Origin: Bacillota bacterium
GTDB taxonomy: Bacteria; Bacillota_I; Bacilli_A; ML615J-28; CAG-698
DNA length: 64,000 nt
Reading direction: 5' to 3'
NCBI GenBank assembly: GCA_023410025.1
Contig: JAEYQM010000023.1
Coordinates: 5-64,004, forward strand
Part shown: piece after piece, positions 1 through 10,271 of the stretch
Numbering within the stretch: position 1 is the first letter of the stretch
Layout: each line of letters begins with the position of its first letter
Translations under genes and position numbers: made by a program
The notes under the pieces: model-generated
Database searches by the model: none
What the model was told of the DNA's origin: nothing
The model's input: only the letters and a program-made list of their open reading frames with translations

Positions 1-55
1 CAAAAACAATATTTATTTGGTATAATAATTAAAGACACGAAATGGAAGGGATACG

Positions 56-1174
56 ATGAAAAAAAATTGCATTTATATTTTACTATTTTTAATAACAATA
101 ATGCTAACAGGTTGCAATAAAAATAAAATTATAGCTAAAACATTTACCCTAGAAGAGACTTTTGGTGGACTACTAATTAATGTAGTAATACTAGGTAATG
201 AAGAGCAATTTAAAGAGTTTCCAAATCTTAATAAAGATTTGAGTGCTATAACAAATGAACTTGATGACCTTTATAGTACAACAAAGGAAAGTAGCCTTGT
301 AAAGGAAATTAATGATAAATCGGGTGTTGAAGCAGTTGAAGTAAATGACGAATTAATTTTTGTCTTAAAAGAAGCTATTGCAGCAAGTGAAATCTCAGAA
401 GTTGATGGTGTTGCATTATACGATATTACGATAGCTCCACTTGTTGATCTATGGGATATAAATAATAAAGGATTTAATAAAACATGGGATTATGCAGAAA
501 TACCAGATGATGATGACATTAAAGCATTATTACCACTTGTTGATTATAAAAAAATTATAATTAATGAGGAAGAAAAAACTGTATTCTTAACTGATAAAGG
601 AATGAAAATTGATCTAGGTTCTATATTAAAAGGATATGCCGCTGATAAATTGAAAAGTTATATTTTAAATCTTGGGTTTAAAAGTGGTATAATTAATGTA
701 GCCGGTAATATTATAACATTTGGCTATAATACTACTGTAAGTAAAGATACTAAATGGAATATTGGAATTCAAAATCCATTTGCATCATTTTCAGACCCAA
801 CAACTATTGGATCTATTGAAAAAACAGATATAACAGCTGTTTCCTCAGGAACATACGAAAGATATATTCTGACTAAAGAAGGTCTTGAATACCATCATAT
901 TTTAGATCCAAGAACTGGTTACTCTAATTTTAATGACTTAGTTCATGTAACAATACTTACTGATGAATCTATTAGAGGGGACTCATTATCAACAACAATC
1001 TTTAGTTTGGGCCTTAATGATGGCTATAAACTAGTAGAAGAAATGAAAAATGTTGAAGCGATATTTATTACACAGGATAAAGAAATATATGTTACTTCAG
1101 GAATAATAAATGAATTTGTATATAATGAAAAAGTTAATACAGTAGGTTATACATATAAAGGAGTAAAAAAATGA
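56..1174 (+). CDS. apbE: FAD:protein FMN transferase, ApbE-family lipoprotein
   Basis: Signal peptide ends in the lipobox LTGC. ApbE-family motifs GSILKGYAADKL and HHILDPRTG are present. The stop overlaps the sufC start (ATGA at 1171-1174). An extended -10 (TGgTATAAT) lies at about 18-26. Confidence 0.75.
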   Translation: MKKNCIYILLFLITIMLTGCNKNKIIAKTFTLEETFGGLLINVVILGNEEQFKEFPNLNKDLSAITNELDDLYSTTKESSLVKEINDKSGVEAVEVNDELIFVLKEAIAASEISEVDGVALYDITIAPLVDLWDINNKGFNKTWDYAEIPDDDDIKALLPLVDYKKIIINEEEKTVFLTDKGMKIDLGSILKGYAADKLKSYILNLGFKSGIINVAGNIITFGYNTTVSKDTKWNIGIQNPFASFSDPTTIGSIEKTDITAVSSGTYERYILTKEGLEYHHILDPRTGYSNFNDLVHVTILTDESIRGDSLSTTIFSLGLNDGYKLVEEMKNVEAIFITQDKEIYVTSGIINEFVYNEKVNTVGYTYKGVKK

Positions 1175-1983
1175 TATTAGAAATTAAAGATCTCCACGCA
1201 TCAGTAGGGGACAAAGAAATATTAAAAGGATTAAATTTGGTACTAAAGACTGGCGAAATGCATGCAATAATGGGACCAAATGGAACTGGTAAATCAACAT
1301 TAGCTGGAGTTATTATGGGTAATCCAAAATATACAGTTACTTCAGGAAGTATTACACTTGATGGCGAAGATGTACTAGCTATGTCTGTTGATGAAAGAAG
1401 CAGAAAAGGTTTATTCCTAGCAATGCAATATCCAAATGAAATATCTGGTATTACAAATGCCGATTTTATTAAATCTGCTTTACAAGCAAGATTAAATGAA
1501 GGAGAACATGTTCCTTTATTTAAATTTGTTAGAGAGTTAGATAAAGCCGTAACTGACTTAAAAATGAACCCTGACTTACCTCATCGATATGTAAATGAAG
1601 GTTTTTCAGGAGGAGAAAAAAAACGTAATGAAATTCTTCAAATGAAGATGCTAAAACCTAATTTTGCAATCTTAGATGAAATAGATTCAGGTCTAGATAT
1701 TGATGCGTTAAGGATCGTTGGTGAAAATGTTAATAATATGAGAGGAGAAAACTTTGCTTCTTTAGTTATTACACATTATCAAAGATTATTAGATTATATA
1801 AATGTTGACTTCGTTCACATTATGATTAATGGACAAATTGCCCTAAGTGGTGGAAAAGAACTAATTACAAAGATAGATAATTCAGGTTATGATTGGTTAA
1901 GAGATGAAATGGGAATTGAAGAAGAAGTTGAAGAAAAACAACGTATTGTATTAGGTTCTTGTGCCGTAAAGGAAAGAAAATGA
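1171..1983 (+). CDS. sufC: Fe-S cluster assembly ATPase SufC
   Basis: Walker A GPNGTGKST, an ABC signature region (FSGGEKKR) and Walker B AILDEIDSGLD; 270 aa, typical SufC length; heads a suf cluster. Confidence 0.92.
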   Translation: MILEIKDLHASVGDKEILKGLNLVLKTGEMHAIMGPNGTGKSTLAGVIMGNPKYTVTSGSITLDGEDVLAMSVDERSRKGLFLAMQYPNEISGITNADFIKSALQARLNEGEHVPLFKFVRELDKAVTDLKMNPDLPHRYVNEGFSGGEKKRNEILQMKMLKPNFAILDEIDSGLDIDALRIVGENVNNMRGENFASLVITHYQRLLDYINVDFVHIMINGQIALSGGKELITKIDNSGYDWLRDEMGIEEEVEEKQRIVLGSCAVKERK

Positions 1984-2984
1984 AACAAAATATACTTTTA
2001 AAAGAGGCAATGAATCTTATTAAAGAAAATGATAATTACATTATCTTTAATGATGGTAAAGCTATCAGATCCAATATACCAGAATCAATTGATATCTTAG
2101 TTAATGACTATTTTGATAGTAATGAGTATTATAAGAGAAAAAAATCTACATTAGAAAATGAGATTTTAGATGGTTCAAAGTTTTCAACAACAATCGCCAT
2201 CAATGAAAGTACAACTATTAAAATTATTCATATTAATTATGAAGAAAAATATTTTAATTGTAATTTAGTTATTAAAGAAAATGTACAAGCAAATATTATC
2301 AATATTTACTATCATACAGAAAACGAAGTAAAACAAGTATTAGAAATAGTTTCAAAGAGAAATTCTTCAGTCTCAATCAAATCAATCACAAATAGTGAAA
2401 ACAAAATAACTAACATTGTAAATGCATATGTATTAGAAAATGCATATATTAATATAGACGACTTAGGAATAAATGATAAAGAAGTTGAATCAAAAACGAA
2501 TGTATATTTACTAGAAGAAATGGCAAATGTTAACTTAACCAATGTTGTACTTAATACATCAAGCCTTCTTCAAGATTATAAATATATAATTAATCATATT
2601 GAAAAAAATACCCAATCACTAACAAAGAATTATGGAATAAGTAAAAATAGTTCTTACTTAGTATTTGATAACTATGGTATTATTAATAAGGGTGCCAAAA
2701 ATACTATCTTATCACAAAAAACAAAAGGTATTATTTTAGATATGTATTCTTCTATTTCTGCTAATCCACTTCTTCAAATTGATGAAAATGATGTAATGGC
2801 AAATCATGGTGCTTCAATAGGGGCAATTGATGAAGAAGATTTATATTATTTAATGAGTAGGGGATTATCTAGAGAAGTCAGTGAAGGATTGATTGTGAAT
2901 GCATTTATCACTCCATATTTTACTGATATTATTGATGAAAAAGTAATTGATTATATTCGAAATGAAATAGCTAAGCGTTTATAA
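1980..2984 (+). CDS. sufD: Fe-S cluster assembly protein SufD
   Basis: C-terminal SufB/SufD family block (HGASIGAIDEEDLYYLMSRGLS). Start placed at the ATG overlapping the sufC TGA (atgaaacaaaat = MKQN). Sits between sufC and sufS. Confidence 0.85.
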   Translation: MKQNILLKEAMNLIKENDNYIIFNDGKAIRSNIPESIDILVNDYFDSNEYYKRKKSTLENEILDGSKFSTTIAINESTTIKIIHINYEEKYFNCNLVIKENVQANIINIYYHTENEVKQVLEIVSKRNSSVSIKSITNSENKITNIVNAYVLENAYINIDDLGINDKEVESKTNVYLLEEMANVNLTNVVLNTSSLLQDYKYIINHIEKNTQSLTKNYGISKNSSYLVFDNYGIINKGAKNTILSQKTKGIILDMYSSISANPLLQIDENDVMANHGASIGAIDEEDLYYLMSRGLSREVSEGLIVNAFITPYFTDIIDEKVIDYIRNEIAKRL

Positions 2985-2998
2985 GAGGGAGGAAATCA

Positions 2999-4204
2999 AT
3001 GGATGTTAATACAATAAAAAAAGATTTTTTAATCTTTAAATCACATCCTGACTTAACATATTTAGATACAACTGCAACATCTCTTAAACCAAAAGAAGTT
3101 TTAGACAAGATGAATGAATATTATAATACATATGGTGTAAATATTCATCGTGGAGTATATAAACTTAGTTATAAAGCTACTGAAGCATATGATGAAGCAA
3201 GAGAAGCTGTTGCAAAATTTATAAATGCAGATTTTAATGAGATTGTATTTACAAGAAACACAACTGAATCATTAAATCAAATTTGTTTGATGTATTCTCA
3301 ATTATTAAACGAAGGCGATGAAGTAATTACTACTGAATTAGAACATCATAGTTCATTACTTCCATGGCAAAATTTATCAAGCAAATTTAATTTAAAATAT
3401 ATTCCTTTAAATGATGAGGGAAGAATTACAGTTGAAAACTTTAAAAGAACTATAACTAATAAATCAAAAGTACTTGCGATTACTTACATATCTAATGTAA
3501 TGGGTTATGTTACTCCAATTGAAGAAATTATTAAAGTTGCCCATGAAAACAATATGATTGTAATAGTTGATGCGGCACAAGCAATTAGCCATATGCCTAT
3601 TGATGTAAGGAAAATAGATTGTGATTTCTTAGCCTTTTCTGGACATAAAATGCTTGGTCCAACAGGTATTGGTGTTTTATACGGAAAAGCAAAAATATTA
3701 AAACAATTAAAACCAGTATACTATGGTGGAGATATGAATGAGGATGTTGGTAAATATCATGTCGATATTAAAGATATTCCATTTAGATTTGAAGCTGGAA
3801 CTCCAATGATTGCTGAGGCAATTGGATTAAGGGCAGCCATTGATTATATTAATAAAATTGGATATGAAGATATAATTTGTTACGAAAACGAATTAAGAGA
3901 ATATACATTAGTTAAACTAAAAAATATTAAAGGAATAACATTATACAATCCAACAACAGATGTTGCTGTATTCTCATTTAATATTAATGGAGTACATCCA
4001 CATGATGCAGCAACAATCTTTGATGAACGAGATATATGCTTACGTGCTGGATATCACTGTGCACAACTTGTTAGTAAATGGCTAAATTGTACAGGATCTT
4101 TAAGAGCATCATTTTATATATATAATGATAAAAATGATGTTGATAAATTCATTAAAACATTAGAGGATTGTGTAGAGTTTTTTTCCCAATTTGAAGGGAT
4201 GTAA
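2999..4204 (+). CDS. sufS: cysteine desulfurase SufS (class V aminotransferase)
   Basis: PLP-fold motifs (HHSSLLPWQ, FSGHKMLGPTGIGVLYG); catalytic Cys in the C-terminal GYHCAQ region; RBS GGGAGG upstream. Confidence 0.9.
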   Translation: MDVNTIKKDFLIFKSHPDLTYLDTTATSLKPKEVLDKMNEYYNTYGVNIHRGVYKLSYKATEAYDEAREAVAKFINADFNEIVFTRNTTESLNQICLMYSQLLNEGDEVITTELEHHSSLLPWQNLSSKFNLKYIPLNDEGRITVENFKRTITNKSKVLAITYISNVMGYVTPIEEIIKVAHENNMIVIVDAAQAISHMPIDVRKIDCDFLAFSGHKMLGPTGIGVLYGKAKILKQLKPVYYGGDMNEDVGKYHVDIKDIPFRFEAGTPMIAEAIGLRAAIDYINKIGYEDIICYENELREYTLVKLKNIKGITLYNPTTDVAVFSFNINGVHPHDAATIFDERDICLRAGYHCAQLVSKWLNCTGSLRASFYIYNDKNDVDKFIKTLEDCVEFFSQFEGM

Positions 4205-4207
4205 GTA

Positions 4208-4630
4208 ATGAATAATATTGAGACTTTATATAGACAAGTAATAATGGATCACTATAAAAACCCAAGAAATAAGGGATTAAAAGGATACAAACAGGTTCAT
4301 TTACGTAACCCATCATGTGGAGATGATATATATATCGAAGCCGATATTGAAAACGGAACAGTAAAAAAAGTATGTCATGATGGATCAGGATGTGCAATCT
4401 GCTGTTCAAGTGCATCAGTTATGACTGAACTATTATCTGGAAAAAAAGTTGAAGAAGCTAATAAAATTGTTGATACTTATCTAAGAATGATTAAGGGAGA
4501 AGCAATTGAAAATGAAGAAATATTAGATGAAGCATTTGTTTTCCAAGGGGTAAGTAAATTCCCCGCAAGATTAAAATGTGCTACTATTGCTTGGAAGGCA
4601 ATGGAAGAATTATTGGGAGAAAAACAATGA
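4208..4630 (+). CDS. sufU: SUF sulfur-transfer scaffold protein SufU (IscU-like)
   Basis: Conserved Cys residues ([19 protein letters not shown]), 140 aa, between sufS and sufB as in Firmicutes. Confidence 0.88.
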   Translation: MNNIETLYRQVIMDHYKNPRNKGLKGYKQVHLRNPSCGDDIYIEADIENGTVKKVCHDGSGCAICCSSASVMTELLSGKKVEEANKIVDTYLRMIKGEAIENEEILDEAFVFQGVSKFPARLKCATIAWKAMEELLGEKQ

Positions 4631-6030
4631 ACAATAATAATATAAATGAAATTGTAGGCGATTATAAGTTTGGTTTTTCAACTGACGCCAAAAGAGTAAT
4701 TGATACAGGGAAAGGATTAAATATTGATGTTGTAAAAGCAATATCAAAATTTAAGAATGAGCCAGAATGGATGACGGAATTTAGAATAAAGTCATATGAA
4801 GAATTTATGAGAAGACCTCAACCATCATTTGGACCTGATTTAAATTTCATTGATTTTGATGATATTACATATTATATAAAATCAACTGAAAAAGTTGAGA
4901 AACGTTGGGAAGATGTTCCTGAAGGCATTAAAGATACTTTTGATAAAATAGGTATACCTGAAGCTGAAAGGAAATTTCTAGCAGGTGTTTCTACACAATT
5001 TGAATCTGAAGTTGTGTATCACTCACAAATAGAAGAATTAAATAGATTAGGTGTAATTTTCTGTGATACAGATACAGCTTTAAGAGAACATCCGGAACTA
5101 GTAAAAGAATATTTTGGAACTGTAATTCAATTTAATGATAATAAATATGCAGCTTTAAACTCAGCAGTTTGGAGTGGTGGATCATTTATCTATATCCCAA
5201 AAGGGGTTAAACTTGAGAAACCATTGCAGTCATATTTTAGAATCAACTCCGAATCAATGGGACAATTTGAAAGAACATTGATTATTGTTGACGAAGGTGC
5301 AAGTGTTCATTATGTTGAAGGATGTACAGCTCCTATTTACTCAAAAGACTCTTTACATGCAGCTATAGTAGAAATAATTGTAAAGAAAGATGGATATTGC
5401 CGTTATTCAACAATTCAAAACTGGAGTACAAATGTAATTAATTTGGTTACAAAAAGAGCATTAGTAAAAGAAAACGGAATGATGGAATGGATTGATGGAA
5501 ACATTGGATCAAATGTTAATATGAAATATCCTGCATGTATTTTGGCTGGTGAAGGAGCTAAAGGAAATACAGTATCAATTGCATTTGCATCAGCTGGCCA
5601 ACATCAAGATACAGGAGCTAAAATGATTCACCTTGCTCCAAATACAACATCTACAATTATTTCAAAGTCTATTTGTAGAGGTGGAGGTAAAGTAAATTAC
5701 CGTGGAACAGTAAAACATACTAAGAATGCTACTAATGCAAGAAGTAGAATAGAATGTGATACTATTATCCTTGATGATAAATCAACAAGTGATACAATTC
5801 CATTTAACTTTGTCCACAATAAATTAGGAAAAATAGAACATGAAGCAACAGTATCAAAGGTAAGTGATGAACAATTATTCTACTTAATGAGTAGAGGAAT
5901 TAGTGAAGCAGATGCATTACAAATGATTGTAATGGGATTTATTGAACCATTTGCAAAAGAATTACCAATGGAATATGCTGTTGAATTAAACCAACTAATC
6001 AAGTTAGAAATGGTTGGATCAATTGGATAG
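4627..6030 (+). CDS. sufB: Fe-S cluster assembly protein SufB
   Basis: Strong SufB family similarity across its length (C-terminal [13 protein letters not shown]). Start chosen at the ATG overlapping the sufU TGA ([10 protein letters not shown]). Confidence 0.92.
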   Translation: MNNNNINEIVGDYKFGFSTDAKRVIDTGKGLNIDVVKAISKFKNEPEWMTEFRIKSYEEFMRRPQPSFGPDLNFIDFDDITYYIKSTEKVEKRWEDVPEGIKDTFDKIGIPEAERKFLAGVSTQFESEVVYHSQIEELNRLGVIFCDTDTALREHPELVKEYFGTVIQFNDNKYAALNSAVWSGGSFIYIPKGVKLEKPLQSYFRINSESMGQFERTLIIVDEGASVHYVEGCTAPIYSKDSLHAAIVEIIVKKDGYCRYSTIQNWSTNVINLVTKRALVKENGMMEWIDGNIGSNVNMKYPACILAGEGAKGNTVSIAFASAGQHQDTGAKMIHLAPNTTSTIISKSICRGGGKVNYRGTVKHTKNATNARSRIECDTIILDDKSTSDTIPFNFVHNKLGKIEHEATVSKVSDEQLFYLMSRGISEADALQMIVMGFIEPFAKELPMEYAVELNQLIKLEMVGSIG

Positions 6031-6033
6031 AAA

Positions 6034-6066
6034 AACTCCTACGCAAGTAGGAGTTTTATTTTTTTC
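6034..6066 (+). terminator. rho-independent terminator of the suf operon
   Basis: Stem aactcctac / gtaggagtt with GCAA loop followed by a T-run (tttatttttttc). Confidence 0.85.
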
Positions 6067-6116
6067 ACTTTATATTTTATTTATTTTAATGTATAATATT
6101 TAAAAAGGGGTATTAT

Positions 6117-6914
6117 ATGATTAAAATTAGTGATTTAAAAATCAACAGTTATGAAATTAATATTGATATTCTTGACCAACAAAAGGTTGGCTTTTTTGCA
6201 AAGGATAAAAAATTAATAAATTCATTATTATTAATGATTGCAGGAATTACTAAAACAAAAAATAACATTACAATAAACGATCAAAATGTCTATGATAATT
6301 ATTCATATTTTAGAAATAGAATATATATGGATTGCTCAAAAAACTACTTTCAAACAATAAAAGCAGAAGATATTGAAAGCGGAATAAGATATAAATATCA
6401 TAAAAATATTGATATTACAAAGTTAAAAACACACTTCACAAAACTAAGAATTAGAGGAGAGTGTGAAATTAATAGAGGATATATAATTACAAAATGTGGA
6501 AGTAATTTAATTAACCTAAGTGTCTTAATTTCTTCAAATGATGATCTAATAATAAACGACCCAACAATTAATATAAATAGAGAAAGTGATATAAATTACT
6601 TTCAAACAGAATTAAGTAAATATAGACATATGATTGTAATGGGGCTTGATAGTTTAAAAAAAATAGCAGTAGTATTAGATAAATTATATTTATTAACAGA
6701 TAACTTTGAAGTTCTTGATGTAAATATAAAAAATGATATATTTTATGCTTTAGAAAAAACTGAACTAGTTAATCATATATACGATTTTGATAAGTATATA
6801 ATAACAAAACAATTATCGAAAGACGAATTAAAATTGTGTGATAAAAATAAAATTAAATATAAAAAAATAACAGTTTTAGATATAGAAAAGTATATGGTGA
6901 ATAATGATGTTTAA
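6117..6914 (+). CDS. ABC-ATPase-like protein with degenerate catalytic motifs (hypothetical)
   Basis: The sequence follows the ABC nucleotide-binding-domain scaffold (N-terminal beta strand, Q-loop-like YFRNRIY, Walker-B-like LIINDPT). It lacks the Walker A GxxGxGKS (FFAKDKKLINS instead), the LSGGQ signature (KCGSNLINLS) and the catalytic Glu (DP instead of DEP). It overlaps the downstream permease gene. Confidence 0.45.
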   Translation: MIKISDLKINSYEINIDILDQQKVGFFAKDKKLINSLLLMIAGITKTKNNITINDQNVYDNYSYFRNRIYMDCSKNYFQTIKAEDIESGIRYKYHKNIDITKLKTHFTKLRIRGECEINRGYIITKCGSNLINLSVLISSNDDLIINDPTININRESDINYFQTELSKYRHMIVMGLDSLKKIAVVLDKLYLLTDNFEVLDVNIKNDIFYALEKTELVNHIYDFDKYIITKQLSKDELKLCDKNKIKYKKITVLDIEKYMVNNDV

Positions 6915-7470
6915 AAAGATAGGAATTATTTTATTGTTTATGATTATGCATTTTATATCGGTTTTATTTAATCAAGATAATCTAGAATTTAAATTAATTG
7001 AGTTAGTATATATATTATCAGCTATCACTGTATTTGGTTTAGGATATTTAGAAATTGTAAATATTAAGAAATTAGGGTTTGGTATTACAAGAAAATCAAT
7101 CTTCTACACTTTCACAAAAACTTTACTCTTTGCAATCGGTTTTCTATTTGTTTTCTCAATATATAATGCAATAATATATATATTAGTATATAAAAATATG
7201 ATTTTTTTTGATATTTTTAATATTGGCATGGTAATATACCTTAGTATCGTAATATTCTCATTTGGTCAAATAGGGATGTTATTTGGAAATATTAAGATCA
7301 ATAAGTATTTGGGAGTAGGATTATTCTTAACTCTATTCATATTAAATTTTATTAGTGTAATAGTAGCTAATAAATTCTTAATAGTAAATATACTTTTAGG
7401 TATAATCAGTATTATATTATTATTTATAAATTATTATTTCATAGAAAATGTAAAGGTGGAAAGGAGTTGA
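6904..7470 (+). CDS. small polytopic membrane protein (about 6 TM), ABC-2-like permease partner, hypothetical
   Basis: Highly hydrophobic 188-aa ORF with about six predicted TM helices; start overlaps the stop of the preceding ATPase-like ORF. Confidence 0.5.
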   Translation: MMFKKIGIILLFMIMHFISVLFNQDNLEFKLIELVYILSAITVFGLGYLEIVNIKKLGFGITRKSIFYTFTKTLLFAIGFLFVFSIYNAIIYILVYKNMIFFDIFNIGMVIYLSIVIFSFGQIGMLFGNIKINKYLGVGLFLTLFILNFISVIVANKFLIVNILLGIISIILLFINYYFIENVKVERS

Positions 7471-7473
7471 AGA

Positions 7474-9495
7474 ATGAAAAATTTTAAAAATAGTAACACA
7501 TATAAAGTTGTCTTTATAATCGCGTTTTTATTTTTAAATATCCTAAATGGATATTTAGTTACAACTCCAATTTATAATAGAAATCTTACACCATACGATA
7601 GAGATTTATTCATGGTGTTAAATTATATATTAGGTGATTTAGGATTTCTAATTGTGTTTATTTCTTTATCTTTATTCTTCTTTAAAACAGATAAACAAAG
7701 ATTTAGATTCTTAAATATTGTAACAATAGCAATTTCTATTTTATGTATTGGTATGATGCTATTTTCTTACAATTACTATGGTATGTTATTCTCATTTGGC
7801 AACTTGAAAGCATTAGATAATCCAGCTGGAAAAGAAGCATTTGGATTTGTTCTCTCAGCAATCCTAAACTTATTATTACACGCACAATTTTTATCATTAA
7901 TACCCATTTTTCTACTAATAGGATTCTTTATTTACTTAAAGAAAAAACAATCAAATTCATTAGAAAATTCATTATTTGGTTATAAAAAATCTAGATTTTA
8001 CTTTGCAACAAGCTTTCTTATAATTGGAATATTACTTATGAGTAATTCAGTCAACTCATATAAAGCCAAAATTAATGAAACATGGTATGAAGAAAATAGA
8101 AATGTATTATATGGAGTTCAAACAGTAGGTTTATATAATTATTACATATATGATTTCTACTCTTACTACTTCACAAATATTTATGAGTTAAATGAGGAAA
8201 AGGTGAAGTATGTTGAAAATCAATTGGAATATTATTCTTTACCAGAAAGAGTAAGTCCATTTGATATGAAAACATATGGAAATAATACTGATTATACAGG
8301 TGTTGTTGAAGGAAAGAATTTAATTCTCATTCAAGCAGAATCATTTAGTAATTATCTAATTGGTTTAAAAGTAAATGGTGTTGAAATAACACCAAACTTA
8401 AATAGAATGGTAGATAATGGTATATATTTTAAAAACTTCTATACAACGGTAGGTATAGGAAATACCAGTGATGCGGAGTTTTCAGTAATGACAGGCCTTT
8501 ACCCAACTGGAGAAGATCTAGCTGTATTCACATATGCAAATTCTAATTACGGAACAATTGCTAAAGACTTTAAAAAAGCAAATTACAATACCTTTTCAAT
8601 TCATGGTAATACAAGACGATTTTACTCAAGGGGAGAAAATCATGTTAATATATATGGATTTGATAAGCATTATGGTATTGAAGATTTAATTAACAATTCA
8701 CCACTTGTTCATAACTGGATAAATGATGAAGAACTACTTAAAACAGCCGTTGATTTAATGGATCAAAGTGAAGAATTGGATTTTGTATATTCAATTTTAG
8801 TATCAGCACATACTCCATACAATACAGATCCATATATTGAATCTATACTTGCAAATGAAAAGTTTGATATATCTAATTATATTTCAGATACAATGTTATT
8901 AGGGTATTTAAAGCATCAACATTATGTAGATTATTGTATTGGAAAATTTTTAGATTATCTAGAACTAAAAGGTTATAGTGAAAATACAATAGTTGCTGTA
9001 TATGGAGATCATGGCGGTGGAATTTCCCAAGAAGCATTAATTAAATCACTAACTAATTTGGAAAATCAAACTAATCCACTTGATGAAAATTTATTGGATT
9101 ACTTTAGTTTAGAAAGTCAATATGCATATCGAGATTTATCTCAAAAAGTTCCATTTATTATCTATGATCCAAGTCAAAAAGATTTAGAACCATTGCTTGT
9201 TGAAAAAGTAAGAGGAGAAACAGACATATATAGAACAATATCAAATTTGTTCTTATTAGATTCAAAATATTATTTTGGAGTTGATGGCTTAAGTGATGAA
9301 CCAAGTTTTATATATAATCCAAGAAACTTAGATACCTTTGTTGATAACTATATAATATTTTTACCACCATTAGTATCTTATAATCAAGATGGAAAAACTT
9401 TATCAGCTGATGAAATAAAAAAATATGCAGATATTGTAAAAAACTACAAAGACATTAACGATAAAATATTAAAATATCTTAATGCAAAGAAGTAA
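7474..9495 (+). CDS. ltaS: lipoteichoic acid synthase family protein (LtaS-type sulfatase-fold phosphoglycerol transferase)
   Basis: Five N-terminal TM helices followed by an extracellular sulfatase/alkaline-phosphatase-superfamily domain, 673 aa; RBS AAGGAG 7 nt upstream. Confidence 0.8.
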   Translation: MKNFKNSNTYKVVFIIAFLFLNILNGYLVTTPIYNRNLTPYDRDLFMVLNYILGDLGFLIVFISLSLFFFKTDKQRFRFLNIVTIAISILCIGMMLFSYNYYGMLFSFGNLKALDNPAGKEAFGFVLSAILNLLLHAQFLSLIPIFLLIGFFIYLKKKQSNSLENSLFGYKKSRFYFATSFLIIGILLMSNSVNSYKAKINETWYEENRNVLYGVQTVGLYNYYIYDFYSYYFTNIYELNEEKVKYVENQLEYYSLPERVSPFDMKTYGNNTDYTGVVEGKNLILIQAESFSNYLIGLKVNGVEITPNLNRMVDNGIYFKNFYTTVGIGNTSDAEFSVMTGLYPTGEDLAVFTYANSNYGTIAKDFKKANYNTFSIHGNTRRFYSRGENHVNIYGFDKHYGIEDLINNSPLVHNWINDEELLKTAVDLMDQSEELDFVYSILVSAHTPYNTDPYIESILANEKFDISNYISDTMLLGYLKHQHYVDYCIGKFLDYLELKGYSENTIVAVYGDHGGGISQEALIKSLTNLENQTNPLDENLLDYFSLESQYAYRDLSQKVPFIIYDPSQKDLEPLLVEKVRGETDIYRTISNLFLLDSKYYFGVDGLSDEPSFIYNPRNLDTFVDNYIIFLPPLVSYNQDGKTLSADEIKKYADIVKNYKDINDKILKYLNAKK

Positions 9496-9530
9496 TAATA
9501 CATATTCCCACTCATATATTGATATGAGAG

Positions 9531-10271
9531 GTGGATATGTATTTTTTTTATAATGATTACAAAGTAAATTATTATATCTCAGGCACAAAAGATTGGTTAG
9601 TACTATTACATGGATGGAAAATGAGCCAAGACACTTATATAGGTGTAACTAATAAACTTAGTAAACATTACAAGGTTTTATCAATTGATTTACTAGGGTT
9701 TGGTGAAAGTGATCTTCCAAATGAACCATTATTCATTAGTGATTATCTCGATATGTTAGAAAAGTTATTAAATCATTTAGGTATTGAAAATCCAACATTA
9801 CTAGGACATTCTTTTGGTGGAAAGCTGGCAACTTACTATGCATTAAAACATAAAGTAAAAAAATTAATTCTTGTTAGCCCTTCTGGTATAAAACATTTTA
9901 ATTTAAAAGTATTTTTAAAAATTAGACTTTATAAATTTATAAAATTCATATATAAAATTTTAGGTATTGACATTACAAAACTTCAAAACAAATATGGAAG
10001 TAATGATTACAAAAACTTATCTCCAGTTATGAAAAAAACAATGACAAATATCTTAAAGGGTAATGTAAAAAAAGAACTAAAAAAAATAACTTCTCCTACA
10101 CTAATGCTATGGGGTTACTATGACAAAATAACTCCATATAAGGACTCAAATATATATTTGAAAAAGATTAAAAATTCAAAATTAGTAACATTTCAGCGTA
10201 GTGGACATTTTTGTTACTTAGATGAACCAGAAAAATTTATATACACAATTATAAGTGAGGAAAAATTATGA
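9531..10271 (+). CDS. alpha/beta-fold hydrolase
   Basis: Nucleophile elbow GHSFGG and an HGW oxyanion region; 246 aa; stop overlaps the murF start (ATGA). Confidence 0.7.
   Translation: MDMYFFYNDYKVNYYISGTKDWLVLLHGWKMSQDTYIGVTNKLSKHYKVLSIDLLGFGESDLPNEPLFISDYLDMLEKLLNHLGIENPTLLGHSFGGKLATYYALKHKVKKLILVSPSGIKHFNLKVFLKIRLYKFIKFIYKILGIDITKLQNKYGSNDYKNLSPVMKKTMTNILKGNVKKELKKITSPTLMLWGYYDKITPYKDSNIYLKKIKNSKLVTFQRSGHFCYLDEPEKFIYTIISEEKL

Noticed and set aside
1981-1983. Possibility that TGA encodes Trp (Mollicutes-type code) given the very low GC
   Set aside because: TGA terminates sufC, tilS, tdk and other genes exactly where homologues end, with overlapping downstream starts (ATGA). Long ORFs are uninterrupted under the standard code.
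2312-2542. Short antisense/shadow ORFs inside confidently assigned genes (for example 2312-2542, 4152-4415, 11191-11502, 13336-13602, 15869-16308, 19259-19567, 21695-21904, 25495-25734, 39037-39228, 43564-43989, 45265-45459, 47697-48211, 49159-49347, 51186-51377, 52265-52460, 54002-54691, 57171-57377, 58019-58228, 60510-60707)
   Set aside because: All overlap strong family-assigned genes on the other strand or frame, lack RBSs, and give low-complexity I/L/F/K-rich translations expected from AT-rich DNA.
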